From the NCBI GenBank assembly GCA_965197725.1, contig CBDANQ010000053.1, forward strand, positions 19,289-83,288: a DNA stretch of 64,000 nucleotides, written 5' to 3'. This document shows, piece after piece, positions 53,745 through 64,000 of the stretch (position 1 is its first letter; each line of letters starts with the position of its first letter). The translations under genes and the position numbers were made by a program. The notes under the pieces were generated by a model. It did no database searches, was not told the origin of the DNA, and saw nothing but the letters and a program-made list of their open reading frames with translations. The stretch is from Longimicrobiales bacterium. GTDB lineage: Bacteria > Gemmatimonadota > Gemmatimonadetes > Longimicrobiales > Gaopeijiaceae.

Positions 53745-53910
53745 GGAGCTCGTGGTCGGCCACCGTTCCGCGCCCTTCCTGAATGAAGGCCGTGGCAAAG
53801 ACGATGGGAAGCCCGATCAGCACGAGCCACGAGCCCCCGATGTAGATCCCCAGCACTTGCCAGAGAGAGCGACGGTGGATCTCGTGAATCGACTCTTTGA
53901 GGCTCGACAT
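53745..53910 (-). pseudogene. N-terminal membrane-protein fragment
   Basis: [39 protein letters not shown], joined to the icd fragment. Confidence 0.5.
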
Positions 53911-54134
53911 GTGATCGAACATGCGACCTGCCCGATCGCTCATCAAGGGAAGCGCAGGTTCCTGTGGGTGGCGACGTCGATTCGAGAGAACCTCGAACAA
54001 CAACGGTCGGCGCGCCTGGTGCTCGGAAAGGACGTCGTGGACCGTTGCCGCGTCGAGCGGTCTGATGTCGTATCCGTAGATGATGCGCGGGCCGAAGACA
54101 TCGGTCTCGTCCACCCTGGCTTGGAAGCCTACCT

Positions 54135-55220
54135 GTGTCGTCAATCCAGAAAGGGTACCTGCTACTCGCGGACATCTCCGGCTTCACGGCCTTTCTCGAG
54201 GGCACCGAGCTGGATCATGCCCAGGGGGTCCTCGAGAACCTCATGCGCACGATCATCGGTCAGCTGACGCCTGCGTTGAAACTTGCCGAGGTGGAAGGCG
54301 ACGCGGTCTTCGTGTACGGCCTCGAGGACGACTTATCCCGCGGAGAGCTCATCTTCGAGCTGATAGACGCCACGTATGTGGCGTTCCGCGACCTCCGCAG
54401 GACGATGAGCCGTAACGCCACGTGCCCCTGCCGGGCTTGCCAGGCGATCGATCATCTGGATCTGAAGTTCGTCACCCACTTCGGCGAGTTCGTCCTGCAG
54501 GACGTGGCCGGCAGGAGCAAGCCGCTCGATTCCTCCGTGAACCTCGCTCACCGCCTGCTCAAGAACCACGTGACCGAGGAGATGGGTTGGCCTGCCTACG
54601 CTCTGTTCTCGGAGTCGAGCCTCGAGCGCATGGGCGTAGAGTCGCACGGGATGGGCAAGATCGTCGAAGAATACGACCATCTGGGCGAGGTCAGAGTGTG
54701 CGGGCTCGATCTCGATGGTCGGTACCGCGACCTGGTGGAGGGCCGTCGTGTCCTCGTCGAAGCCGAGGACGCACATGTCTCCGTCTCGAGGAGGTTCGCC
54801 GCTTCGCCCGCCATCACCTGGGACTGGTTCAATGATCCTGTGAAGCGATCCCGGTGGATGCCCAGCTCGGACTGGCGGCCGCTGGCTCGCCCCCATGGGC
54901 GTACCGGGCGCGGGGCGCAGAACCACTGCTCGATATCCAAGGCCGTCGAGCAGGTTCTGGATTGGCACCCGTTCGACTACTACACGGTCCGATTCAGCCG
55001 GGGACCTCTTCGCCTGTTGAGTACCGTCGAGCTCAAGCCGTTTGACCGTGGGACCGAGGTCCGTTGGAAGCTGCGGGCCGAGGGGCGTCTCCCACGCTTT
55101 CTGCTGGTGCTGGCGTGCCAGGCTATGGCTAGGTTCGGGATCGAGCTCGATGAAGCGCTCGACCGCCTCACGGCCCTGCTGTCCGAGCCTGACACGGCGG
55201 ACTTCGACACCCTTTCGTGA
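54135..55220 (+). CDS. DUF2652 (class III cyclase-like) plus SRPBCC domain protein
   Basis: ADISGFT, EVEGDA, CPCRAC, LKFVTHFG, NLAHRLLKN; C-terminal START-like domain. Confidence 0.8.
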   Translation: MSSIQKGYLLLADISGFTAFLEGTELDHAQGVLENLMRTIIGQLTPALKLAEVEGDAVFVYGLEDDLSRGELIFELIDATYVAFRDLRRTMSRNATCPCRACQAIDHLDLKFVTHFGEFVLQDVAGRSKPLDSSVNLAHRLLKNHVTEEMGWPAYALFSESSLERMGVESHGMGKIVEEYDHLGEVRVCGLDLDGRYRDLVEGRRVLVEAEDAHVSVSRRFAASPAITWDWFNDPVKRSRWMPSSDWRPLARPHGRTGRGAQNHCSISKAVEQVLDWHPFDYYTVRFSRGPLRLLSTVELKPFDRGTEVRWKLRAEGRLPRFLLVLACQAMARFGIELDEALDRLTALLSEPDTADFDTLS

Positions 55221-55456
55221 TGCCCGGCAGCGGTGAAGTGAGGAGCAGCTCATCCCCTCGAGCTTCTGCGCGCCGGCTCTCAGGGTTACCTCCTAGATGG
55301 CGCTCTTGGCACGGGACGTGGTGGCGGAGAGGGTAGTTCGTTGAGTCGGAAGAATCGGTCCCCTCGGCCTGCGCGTAATCCGGGGCCAACCGTGTAGCCG
55401 TCCGCGGCTCGTCGCGAGCTGAGTGCAGCCGCGTGGCCAAGGGTCCCACACCCTGC

Positions 55457-55510
55457 TTGCACCCGCAAAATCTTCGCCTTATCTTCGGGTATAGTTTCGG
55501 TATTTATTCG
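55457..55510 (+). promoter_or_regulatory. Promoter overlapped by four TTCG direct repeats (candidate DNA-damage operator)
   Basis: TTGCAC-N17-TATCTT; TTCG at 55473, 55484, 55496 and 55507. Confidence 0.55.
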
Positions 55511-55527
55511 GTTCTGCCCAAACAGCT

Positions 55528-56925
55528 ATGTCGGAGCTCCATCCGCGCTTGCAAGGTGTTCCCACCCACCACGGCCGAGGGTGGGCTCTAGCAGACCAAC
55601 CCACAGGATGGGCTTCGGGCCCGGGCTCTGGCTCGGCGTTCCTGTCGGCCTCGCCACGCGTCTCCTCGGGGAGTCGCCAAGCGCTCTGCCTTTGGCTGCC
55701 TACCTTCGAGCTACGCCTCGAGCTCGTCCGCTCCCCGGAACTCGACAGTACGTCGATCGCCCTGCTCGCATCAGGCGAAAGCACTCGACGCACGATCTGG
55801 CAGGTCTCGGAGCGTGCTCACGAAGCCGGAGTGCGTCCCGAGCAACTCGTTTCGCAAGCGGTCTCTCTGTGCCCTTCGCTCACGCTGCTCGAACCTGATC
55901 CGGCGCATTACGACGCCGCGGTCGAATCGATGCTCGAGCTGCTCGCCGAGATCACACCGATCCTCGAGCCCGCAGGTCGCGGACGTGTCTTCCTCGGTAT
56001 GGACGGCCTGAGCCGTCTCTTCGGCTCTCCCGAGCGTCAGGCGAAGCGGGCCCTTCGCTCGCTCTTCCGCATCTTCCCCACTCCTCTCGTCGCTGCAACC
56101 CGAGCAGGCATGGCACCCGGGAAGTTCGGGGCGTGGGTCGCGGCGGCGTCTGCCCGGTGCGGCGAACCAGTGATCGTCGGAGAAAGCGATCTCACTCGGT
56201 TCCTGGCCCGCTGTCCGGTGAGTTCACTGCCCGTGGATCCGCTCATCGTTCAACGCCTGGAGCGGCTCGGTGTGCACACACTCGGAGAGCTTCGACGCTT
56301 CCCGGAGCCCCCACTCATCTCCCAGTTCGGCGACGAAGGCCGGAGTGCACTGGCATGGGCTACGGGGCGACGCATCGATCCCGTTCGGCCATGGCATCGT
56401 CCCGAGCCGATCCGTGTGTCCCTGGATTTTCCCAACCCCGTGGGCATCACCGAAACGTTGCACGGAGCGCTCGACCGGTTGATCGAACGAGCGCTCTCCC
56501 GTCCCACACGTCGGGGGCGAAGCGTGACGGGTGTGCGCTTGGGTGCGCAGCTCGAAGGGGGAGGATCGTGGTTCGTGGAGACCGTGCTCAGGGAGCCCAC
56601 GGCTCAACGAGAACGAATCGCTTCACCACTACGCATGAAGATGGCGATCTCACCTCCCCCCAAGGCCGTCGACATGCTCATCGTCGAGCTCACGCAGTTC
56701 GGTGCACCGAGCGCTCAGACCGGTCTGTTCGATCACAGGGACGAGAGCGGCCGCGCAGCCGCGGGTCGGGAATTGGCTCGAGGCGAGGCACCTCCATCGC
56801 TCCGCGATGCCGTGAAAGAGCTCAAGCTCCGGCTGGGACACTCTCCGCTCTACCGCGTGGTCGAAGTCGATCCTTGGTCACGGATCCCCGAACGGCGTCA
56901 TGCACTGCTGAGCTTCGATCCATGA
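55528..56925 (+). CDS. imuB: Y-family polymerase-like protein (ImuB-like, catalytically degenerate)
   Basis: VSERAHEAGVRP..QAVSLCP, RLERLGVHTLGEL, PWSRIPERR. Confidence 0.75.
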   Translation: MSELHPRLQGVPTHHGRGWALADQPTGWASGPGSGSAFLSASPRVSSGSRQALCLWLPTFELRLELVRSPELDSTSIALLASGESTRRTIWQVSERAHEAGVRPEQLVSQAVSLCPSLTLLEPDPAHYDAAVESMLELLAEITPILEPAGRGRVFLGMDGLSRLFGSPERQAKRALRSLFRIFPTPLVAATRAGMAPGKFGAWVAAASARCGEPVIVGESDLTRFLARCPVSSLPVDPLIVQRLERLGVHTLGELRRFPEPPLISQFGDEGRSALAWATGRRIDPVRPWHRPEPIRVSLDFPNPVGITETLHGALDRLIERALSRPTRRGRSVTGVRLGAQLEGGGSWFVETVLREPTAQRERIASPLRMKMAISPPPKAVDMLIVELTQFGAPSAQTGLFDHRDESGRAAAGRELARGEAPPSLRDAVKELKLRLGHSPLYRVVEVDPWSRIPERRHALLSFDP

Positions 56926-57188
56926 GCGACGCACCCCGCCTACGACCGCTCGGCCAACCGCGGGTCGTGACGGTTCGCACCGACAAAAACGGTGAGCCGA
57001 CCCACGTGCGCCTGCCGGGCAAACCGGCCCGCACCGTGGAATCCGTGCGCGAGCGCTGGCGCATCGATGACGAGTGGTGGCGGCTGCCGATTTCACGAGA
57101 ATACCGAGTGGTCATTCTCGACGACGGTCGAAACGTTACACTTTACCACGACCTGCTCGAAGGAAATTGGTACGCCCAACGAGGTTGA
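56922..57188 (+). CDS. Small imuB-associated protein (DUF6504-like)
   Basis: VESVRERWRIDDEWWR..SREYRVV..LYHDL..WY. Confidence 0.75.
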   Translation: MSDAPRLRPLGQPRVVTVRTDKNGEPTHVRLPGKPARTVESVRERWRIDDEWWRLPISREYRVVILDDGRNVTLYHDLLEGNWYAQRG

Positions 57189-57262
57189 GATGTACATTTA
57201 GAGCTACGCAACTCGCCGAAATCCTAAATGTCGTGCCAAGCCAAACCTTATCGCCCCTTGTA

Positions 57263-57520
57263 ATGCAACCTTCGGAGCTGGATCCTAAGCACCGCGTGAA
57301 AGACGTGCGCATTGTCAACGAGCGTCTGTACGTAGATCTCGAAGACGGCCAGACGGTAAGCGTTCCGGTGGAGCTCTACCCTCGACTCGCGAACGGCACG
57401 GACGAGCAGCGGGCGAACTGGCACCTCATCCGCTCGGGATGGGGCATCCATTGGCCCGACCTCGACGAGGACATCGATACTCTCGTTCTTCTGTCTGGCA
57501 TGCGCCCTTCGGAATCCTAA
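57263..57520 (+). CDS. DUF2442-domain protein
   Basis: YPRLANGT..GIHWPDLDEDI. Confidence 0.8.
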   Translation: MQPSELDPKHRVKDVRIVNERLYVDLEDGQTVSVPVELYPRLANGTDEQRANWHLIRSGWGIHWPDLDEDIDTLVLLSGMRPSES

Positions 57521-57535
57521 TAAAGCGCCTGCCGG

Positions 57536-58232
57536 TTGAGCTCCGCTGACCCGCTCATCACTCGCATCCAACCGCTCCGGCCGCGCGGTCTAAGAGTCCT
57601 CATCCATCTCGACGAAGGCGATCCGTTCGAGGTGACGCTCGAAGCGCTCGAACGAAGCCGACTTGGCGTCGGGGACGCGTTGCCCGCCAACACGCGCCAC
57701 CATCTGCTCGACGCCGACGAGGGCGTCCGCGTGCGTGACGCCGCGCTCAACCTGATTTCGTACCGCGCTCGCACGCGCTGGGAACTTCGGAGACGACTCC
57801 GTCAGAAGGGCTTCCGCCCCGCCCGTATCGACACGTGTATCGATCGGCTGGAAGAGCGCGGGTTTCTCAACGACGAAGCGGGTTGCGGCGGCCTTTGTGC
57901 GCGACCGCCTGTGTCACCATCCGCGCGGCAGGGCACGCCTCTCGGCCGAACTCCGGGCGAAAGGGGTCACGTCCGGGGTGGCCGAGCGGGCGATCGGGCA
58001 AGTATTCGCCGACGAGGACGTGACGGACCAGAAGCTCGCACGGGAAGTCGCGGGGGGATGGGTAGGTAGACAGAACGCCGCAGCACTCGTGGCACTCGCG
58101 CAGGAAACGCATAGCCCGGAGAGGGATAAAGCGCGGCGCCGGCTGAACGGGTACCTCGCAAGACGTGGCTTCCGCGGAGAGGCGCTACGCGAGGCGACCG
58201 CCGTGGCGCTGGGGCTGGCGAAGGAGCTGCCT
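57536..58232 (+). pseudogene. recX: RecX regulatory protein with a frameshift (end approximate)
   Basis: ALNLISYRART..RLEERGFLND / RLSAELRAKGV..YLARRGF; frameshift near 57882. Confidence 0.8.
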
Positions 58233-58796
58233 CTACGCTCCGGCCAAGCGCTGTCGCCTCCGGTGCGCCCAGACGGCCAGCGCGACGATCACCACGACTG
58301 CGAGACCCACGGCGATCGCGGGGGAGCGGCGGTACAACGCCTCGAGCCCCACCCCCGACGAGGTGAAGATGATCACTCCGGGCGCGATTCCGATCGCCGT
58401 GGTCCACAAGAAGCGCCACCGGGGGATGAGGCACAGCCCCGCGCCCCAGTTCAGGGCAGTGAAGGCCACCAGCGGAATGAAGCGTAGCACGAGCAGGCCC
58501 CACCAGCCCGCGCCGTCCACCAGCTGGTCGACCCTATCGAGCGCCGCTTTGCCCACCATCCGTTCGGCCGCCGCCCGACCCCAAGCACGTGCGATTTCGT
58601 AGCTGATCCATGCCCCTGCCATCGCGCCGGTCCACGTGATCAGGCTCCCGACCACCGGACCGAAGAGCATTCCGTTCGCCATCGCCGGCGCCTCCGCCAG
58701 AATCGGCAGCACGGCGACGACCGTCATGACCAGCGGCGCCAGGACGTAGGACCACACGCCCAACCCGGCCAGCCAAACTCCCATCTCCGAGAACAT
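58233..58796 (-). CDS. TVP38/TMEM64 (VTT domain) membrane protein
   Basis: GMLFGP, LRFIPLVAF, FLWTTAIGIAPG. Confidence 0.88.
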   Translation of the reverse strand: MFSEMGVWLAGLGVWSYVLAPLVMTVVAVLPILAEAPAMANGMLFGPVVGSLITWTGAMAGAWISYEIARAWGRAAAERMVGKAALDRVDQLVDGAGWWGLLVLRFIPLVAFTALNWGAGLCLIPRWRFLWTTAIGIAPGVIIFTSSGVGLEALYRRSPAIAVGLAVVVIVALAVWAHRRRQRLAGA

Positions 58797-59051
58797 CCCT
58801 TCCACGTCCTCCTCTCGACGCACCGCGCCTCCGGCGGTGATCGATGGACCCCGTGCCGCTCGAACCGTGTGCCCTACGCGATGGGGCCGAAGAAAGCTTC
58901 GTGGGCCGCAACTGTCCACTCGAGACGACGTCAGAGACGCCCCTCGCAGCGCGGTTCGAGCGGTTATCTTTTCGCGGAATCCACAGTCGCCAGGCCACAG
59001 ACGTTCCGGGACCTGTCGAGCAGGTTGATCCCAAATCCAAGAGGTGCGCGC

Positions 59052-59852
59052 ATGTCACGCGTGTTTCGCTACCGGGTCGCCCGCCTTCCGCTCACGGTCG
59101 CGGCGGGCCTCCTACTGAGTCTCGGTGAGTTGGTCGGTGCGCCCGCGATAGCTTCCCGGAGTGCCCAGACCGCGCGTGAGATCATCGACCAGGTCGATCG
59201 CCTGATGCGCGGCGAATCGAGCCATGGCCGTGTGACGATGGACATCACCACCGAGCACTGGTCGCGATCGCTCGACATGGAGGTCTGGTCGCTCGGTACC
59301 GAACACTCCCTCGTCCGCGTGCGATCTCCGGCCCGAGAAGCCGGGACGGCGACGCTGCGCGCGAGTGAAGAGGTCTGGAACTACCTCCCGCGCGTGGACC
59401 GGACCATCAAGGTGCCCCCGTCGCTGATGATGGGGTCGTGGATGGGGTCACACTTCACGAACGACGACCTCGTGAAGGAGAGCCGCATCGTGGACGACTA
59501 CGACTTCGAGATCTCCTTCGAGGGGGCGGTCGACGGTGTCGAGGTCTACGAGTTCACCATGACTCCCAGACCCAAGGCCCCTGTGGTGTGGGGCCGTGTC
59601 GAGGAACAGGTTCGCAAGCGCGACCTGATGCCGACGTGGGTGCGCTACTACGACGACGACGGCACGCTCGTGCGCACGCTGACGTTCTCCGACTACCAGA
59701 TGATGAGCGGCCGGTTGGTGCCCACCGTCATGCTCATCGTTCCTGCGGACAAGCCGGAGGAGAAGACGTCGATGACGTACCACGAGCTCGAGTTCGACAT
59801 CGATGTCGACGAGAGCTTCTTCAGCCTCAGAACGCTGCGGGCGCGGCGCTAG
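59052..59852 (+). CDS. Outer-membrane lipoprotein-sorting (LolA-like) protein
   Basis: VWNYLPRVDRTIK, SWMGSHFTNDDL. Confidence 0.85.
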   Translation: MSRVFRYRVARLPLTVAAGLLLSLGELVGAPAIASRSAQTAREIIDQVDRLMRGESSHGRVTMDITTEHWSRSLDMEVWSLGTEHSLVRVRSPAREAGTATLRASEEVWNYLPRVDRTIKVPPSLMMGSWMGSHFTNDDLVKESRIVDDYDFEISFEGAVDGVEVYEFTMTPRPKAPVVWGRVEEQVRKRDLMPTWVRYYDDDGTLVRTLTFSDYQMMSGRLVPTVMLIVPADKPEEKTSMTYHELEFDIDVDESFFSLRTLRARR

Positions 59853-61114
59853 TGTCGGCTGACGCGGTGTGGTGGAAGGTCGCTTGGCGAAACCTGTGGC
59901 GTAACCGCAGCCGCACCCTGATCACGGCGTCGGGGCTCGCGTTCGGGTACCTCGCCGCGGTCGTGATGGTCGGGCTCACGGACGGGATGGTGGCCGAGCT
60001 CATCGAGAACGGTACGCGACTGATGATGGGGCAGGTGCAGGTGCACTCCGCCGAATATCTGCCGGAGCGCAACATGCACCACACGATCGGCGGCTACGAC
60101 GGCATCGATCTGGAAGCGTTGCTGGCCCTGATCGAATCCGATCCGGACATCACCGCTGCTGCGCCTCGTCTCTACGGCGGGGGCCTGCTCTCCTCAGGAG
60201 ACGAGACCAAGGCCGGACTGCTGTTCGGCGTCGATCCGGACCGCGAGCAGAGAGTGAGTACGCTCCTTTCTCGCCTCAGCGACGGGCGGCTACCGGAGGC
60301 CGGACGGTACGAAATCTTCGTCGGTGTCGAGATGGCACGGCAACTCGACCTCGAGCTCGGCACCGAAGTCGTCGTCGTGGCGCCGGCGAGTGACGGCTCC
60401 ATGGGAAACGACCTGTTCACGTTGGTCGGTATGTTCGAGACGGGCACGCCGGCGATCGATGCCAACTACGCGATACTGCCGCTGCCCGACCTCCAGTACT
60501 TGATGGCGATGGACCCCGGCCGCGTCCACGAAATCGCGCTCACGGTGACGCGCGCGTGGGACACTCCGCTGATCGCGAGTGCGCTCGCCGCGAGTCTCGA
60601 GAGTTCGGGCCACGCAATCGAGGTGACGCCGTGGACGGAGTTGCGCCCCGAGCTGGCGGAGGCGATCAGCCTCATGGATTCAGTAAACTACCTGATCGCG
60701 GTGATCATTTTTTCGATGGCGATCTTCGGCGTCGCCAACACGATGCTGATCGGGACGTTCGAGCGCAGAAGGGAGTTCGCCGTTGTACGGGCTCTCGGCA
60801 CCAGTCCGCTCGGCGTCGGCCGCACCGTGGTCTACGAGGGAATAATCCTCGGAGCGATCTCGCTCGTCGTAGGTGCGTTGATCACATGGCCCATCGTCGT
60901 GTGGTGGCACAACTCGCCGCCCGACCTCACGTCGATCCTCGGCGGCTTCAGCTTCAGCGGCTCGCAGTGGCGTCCGATCCTGCGCGTCGAGTACTCCTAT
61001 GACACGCCGGTCATCTGCGCGGTGGCGCTCTTCCTGACCTCCGTTCTCGCGGCCGTCTACCCCGCGTGGAAAGCCACGCGGGCGCCGCCCGCGGACGCGC
61101 TCGCAGACCGATGA
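59852..61114 (+). CDS. ABC transporter permease (LolC/MacB-like)
   Basis: AWRNLWRNRSRT, FERRREFAVVRALG, YPAWKA. Confidence 0.9.
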   Translation: MSADAVWWKVAWRNLWRNRSRTLITASGLAFGYLAAVVMVGLTDGMVAELIENGTRLMMGQVQVHSAEYLPERNMHHTIGGYDGIDLEALLALIESDPDITAAAPRLYGGGLLSSGDETKAGLLFGVDPDREQRVSTLLSRLSDGRLPEAGRYEIFVGVEMARQLDLELGTEVVVVAPASDGSMGNDLFTLVGMFETGTPAIDANYAILPLPDLQYLMAMDPGRVHEIALTVTRAWDTPLIASALAASLESSGHAIEVTPWTELRPELAEAISLMDSVNYLIAVIIFSMAIFGVANTMLIGTFERRREFAVVRALGTSPLGVGRTVVYEGIILGAISLVVGALITWPIVVWWHNSPPDLTSILGGFSFSGSQWRPILRVEYSYDTPVICAVALFLTSVLAAVYPAWKATRAPPADALADR

Positions 61115-62377
61115 GATTCGTCATCCTGCTCAGGCTCGCGGCGCGCAGCGTGGGCCGGAACGCTCGGCGCAGCGCGCTCACCGCGGCGGCGATGGTCATC
61201 GGACTCGCGCTTCTGATCTTCTCTCGCAGCCTCGCTGAAGGGGCCCACGAGCAGTGGGTCGAGTCCGCGGTGAGAATGGGAAGCGGTCATGTGGCGATCC
61301 AGGCGCCTGAATACTTGGAGTCGGGAAAGATCGAGCACCGGATTGGCGCCCAAGCCTACCAACGCGCGCTCAGTGCGGTGGAGGCCGTGGCCGGCGACCG
61401 GGTCGTCGCGCACGCACCGCGTCTGGCGGTGACCGGGCTGGCCAGCTCCGCTTCGTCCGCGCTTCCAGTTCGCATCGAGGGCGTGGATCCCGACGGGGAG
61501 CGCGCGTTCTCCGATCTCGACGAAAAGGTGGACGAAGGCCGCTATCTTCAGGCTGATGACCGGCTGCACGCGTACATCGGCGGGGAGCTCGCGCGCCGAC
61601 TCGGCCTGAGGGTGGGCAGCCGGTTCGTGCTCACGGCGCAATCCTCCACGGGCGACGTGGAAGGGCAGCTCGTACGCGTGGCGGGGATTTTCCGGACCAC
61701 GATCCCGGAAATGGATGAAGGGCTGATCCACGTACCCATCGAGACCGCTCGCGAGTGGCTCGGTACCCCCGGGCGCCGTCACGACGCTCGCGGTTCTGCT
61801 CACGACCTCGCGCGACACCGACGGCGTGGTGGCGGAGCTGCAGGCGGAGCTGGCCGGCGATTCGGACCTACGTGTGCTCGGGTGGCGACGCGCGGCGCCG
61901 GAACTCGACTCCGCACTTCGCATGGACGACTATGGCGACTTCGTCTTCCATTCGATCCTGTTCGCCATCGTGGCGCTCGCCATCCTGAACGCGGTGATGA
62001 TGTCCGTGCTCGGACGCCGACGCGAATTCGGTCTCCTGCACGCGCTGGGTTTAACGGGTGCCGAGACGGGATGGGTGGTCTTCGGCGAGGGACTCTTCCT
62101 CACGGCAGTGAGCGGCGCCGTCGGCATGGTTCTCGGATTCCTGTTCACTTGGGCCTTCTTCCGCGACGGACTCGATTTCAGTGGGCTCGCCGAGAACGAG
62201 AGTGCCTGGGCGAGCGCAGGGGGCATCGTGGACCCGGTGATCGTGCCGGTCTTCCACTCGAGTCAGGTGCTGGTGAGCCTCTACTTCATCCTGATCATCG
62301 GGACCCTGGCTTCCATCTATCCCGCCCTGCGCGCGTCGAAACTCGACGTGGCTGAGGCGATGAAATTCGATCAATGA
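61111..62377 (+). pseudogene. Second ABC permease with a frameshift near 61770
   Basis: RNARRSALT.. / ..RRREFGLLHALG..YPALRA in two frames. Confidence 0.8.
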
Positions 62378-63099
62378 GCGCTTCAAACGGCACGCAACTG
62401 GCGGTCCGGACCCAGGAGGTCTGGAAGATCTATCCCCAAGAGCCGAACCCGGTGAAGGCGGTGCGCGGCCTGTCGCTCGAGATCGAGTCCGGAGACTTCG
62501 TCGCGATGGCCGGTCCGTCGGGCTCGGGCAAGACCACCGTGCTGAACCTCTTGGGCGGCCTCACCCGGCCCAGCGATGGAAGCATCTGGATCGGGGGGGA
62601 CGAGATCACCGAGATGCCCGACAAGGCGCTCGCGCGCTTGCGGCTCGAGCGTATCGGCTTCGTCTTCCAGGCGTACAACCTTCTTCCGGTGCTCTCGGCC
62701 ATCGAGAACGCCGAATTCACGCTGCTGCTGCGCGGAGTTCCCTCGAACGAGCGGCACCGTAAAGTACGCGAGCTCTTCGACCAGATGGGCCTCGAGGGGC
62801 TGCAAGACAGATTCCCGGGGAAACTCTCAGGCGGGCAACAACAGCGCGTTGCCGTGGCGCGCGCCGTGGTGGGCGAGCCGGCGCTGGTGCTCGCGGACGA
62901 GCCCACCGCCAACCTCGACTCGGTGGCCAGCACCGCGCTTCTCGACGTCATGGAACGTCTGAACCGCGAGCACGGCACGACGTTCGTATTCTCGACTCAC
63001 GATCCCCGGGTCATGGAACGCGCTCGCAGACTCATCACGCTCATCGATGGTCAGATCTCCGAGGACGTGCGCCGAAACCACGGGACTTCCGGCGCGTGA
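62374..63099 (+). CDS. ABC transporter ATP-binding protein (LolD-like)
   Basis: [26 protein letters not shown]. Confidence 0.95.
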   Translation: MSASNGTQLAVRTQEVWKIYPQEPNPVKAVRGLSLEIESGDFVAMAGPSGSGKTTVLNLLGGLTRPSDGSIWIGGDEITEMPDKALARLRLERIGFVFQAYNLLPVLSAIENAEFTLLLRGVPSNERHRKVRELFDQMGLEGLQDRFPGKLSGGQQQRVAVARAVVGEPALVLADEPTANLDSVASTALLDVMERLNREHGTTFVFSTHDPRVMERARRLITLIDGQISEDVRRNHGTSGA

Positions 63100-63676
63100 A
63101 GCGGGTCACGAATGCAAATACCCTGATCGCGGCCCTCCCCGTGCTGTTTCCTCCGACCCCTGCCACGGCGCAAGTCGAGCTCGCCGGGTACGCGCTCGGC
63201 GTGAGTAGCCACACCACCGAAGGCGATCTGTCACCCTCCGGAACGGCGCTGCTCGGCCGTGCTCGTCTGATGGGGCTCGCCAGGTCGGGTCCGTTCACTC
63301 TCGATGTCGCGTACGAACACGTGCTTCAGCGCACGCCTGAAGGCGGCGGCTTCTCGGTGACCTCCCCGGCGGCGGGGACTGGCGCGGGAGACTGGCTAGG
63401 CACCGATTGGGAGCTTCATGGCTGGTCCCGCGGCCAGTGGCGCCATCGCTTCGACCGGCTCAGCGTCAGCTTGTCCGAGGGCCCGGTGGAAGTGGAGATC
63501 GGCCGCCAGGCGATCTCCTGGGCGACGACGCTGTTCCTGACCCCGGCCCATCCCTTCGCGCCCTTCGACCCGTCGGATCCCTTCCGCGAGTATCGCGGCG
63601 GCATCGACGCGGTGCGACTTCGTGTCTTTCCTGGACCGTTCACGGAGGTGGAGGCGGTGGTGCGGGTGGCTGAGAC
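63096..63676 (+). pseudogene. Probable outer-membrane protein interrupted by IS3
   Basis: FDRL..IGRQAISW..GIDAVR; the ORF runs into the IS end. Confidence 0.7.
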
Positions 63677-64000
63677 TGGAGTTAGCCCCTGACGGTGGAC
63701 ACCTATTCTCTTTAGAGAGAGGAGTCCACGATGCCAAGAACGAGACCGCCGTATTCGTTGGAGTTCCGCCAGCAGATGGTGGAGCTGGTCAAAGCAGGTC
63801 GCACGCCTGAGGAGCTGAGTCGGGAGTTTGAGCCCACAGCGCAGACGATCCACAATTGGGTGAAGCAGACGGACCTCGACACGGGAGTCAGAAGCGACGG
63901 CCTGACGTCGTCAGAGCGCGAGGAGCTCCGCGAGCTTCGGCGTGAGAACAAGCGGCTTCGTGTCGAGCGGGAGATCCTAAAAAAAGCCGCGGCCTGGTTC
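63677..64000 (+). mobile_element. IS3-family element, left end and orfA (ATG 63731), partial
   Basis: TG-starting end TGGAGTTAGCCCCTGACGGTGGACACC; OrfA YSLEFRQQMVELV..TIHNWVKQ..EREILKKAAAWF; A7G slippery site at 63979-63986. Confidence 0.92.

Noticed and set aside
52092..53798. 568-aa Icd-ligase fusion protein
   Set aside because: The Icd part is a fragment and the ligase has its own RBS and ATG.
55230..55300. Heavy-metal-binding (GMSC) ORF on the minus strand behind an AGGAGG
   Set aside because: No complete CxxC motif and no canonical start; too weak to call.

Overview
GC-rich bacterial chromosome segment. The gene content suggests Gemmatimonadota (inference). Most of 25.5-53 kb is housekeeping genes on the minus strand: mdh, moaAED, ECF sigma/anti-sigma, HU/IHF, carA, lipB, E2, secG-tpiA-pgk-gap, aroE, tsaC, ispD, dnaB, udg, coaBC, rpoZ, gmk, yicC, pepA; rnhA is on the plus strand. 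The first 10 kb holds a sigma-70 factor, lepB, an IS256-disrupted metalloprotease, a MITE and a cobalamin-riboswitch-controlled TonB receptor. About 10-25.5 kb is an eroded accessory region around tRNA-Asn. It contains a probable selenocysteine (CUAEP-tail) radical SAM gene, a TenA pair, a second moaA and an IS-truncated ferritin. It also contains an island that duplicates the 5' half of the tRNA, carries degenerate attC-bounded cassettes and holds an IS110 whose readable bridge RNA appears programmed for the attC core GCCTAAC. A candidate ~375-nt structured ncRNA with its own promoter and terminator lies between rnhA and lipB. The last 10 kb holds an imuB cassette with a repeated operator, recX, an ABC export system and the start of an IS3. 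Many genes are truncated or frameshifted, from erosion and/or assembly error.
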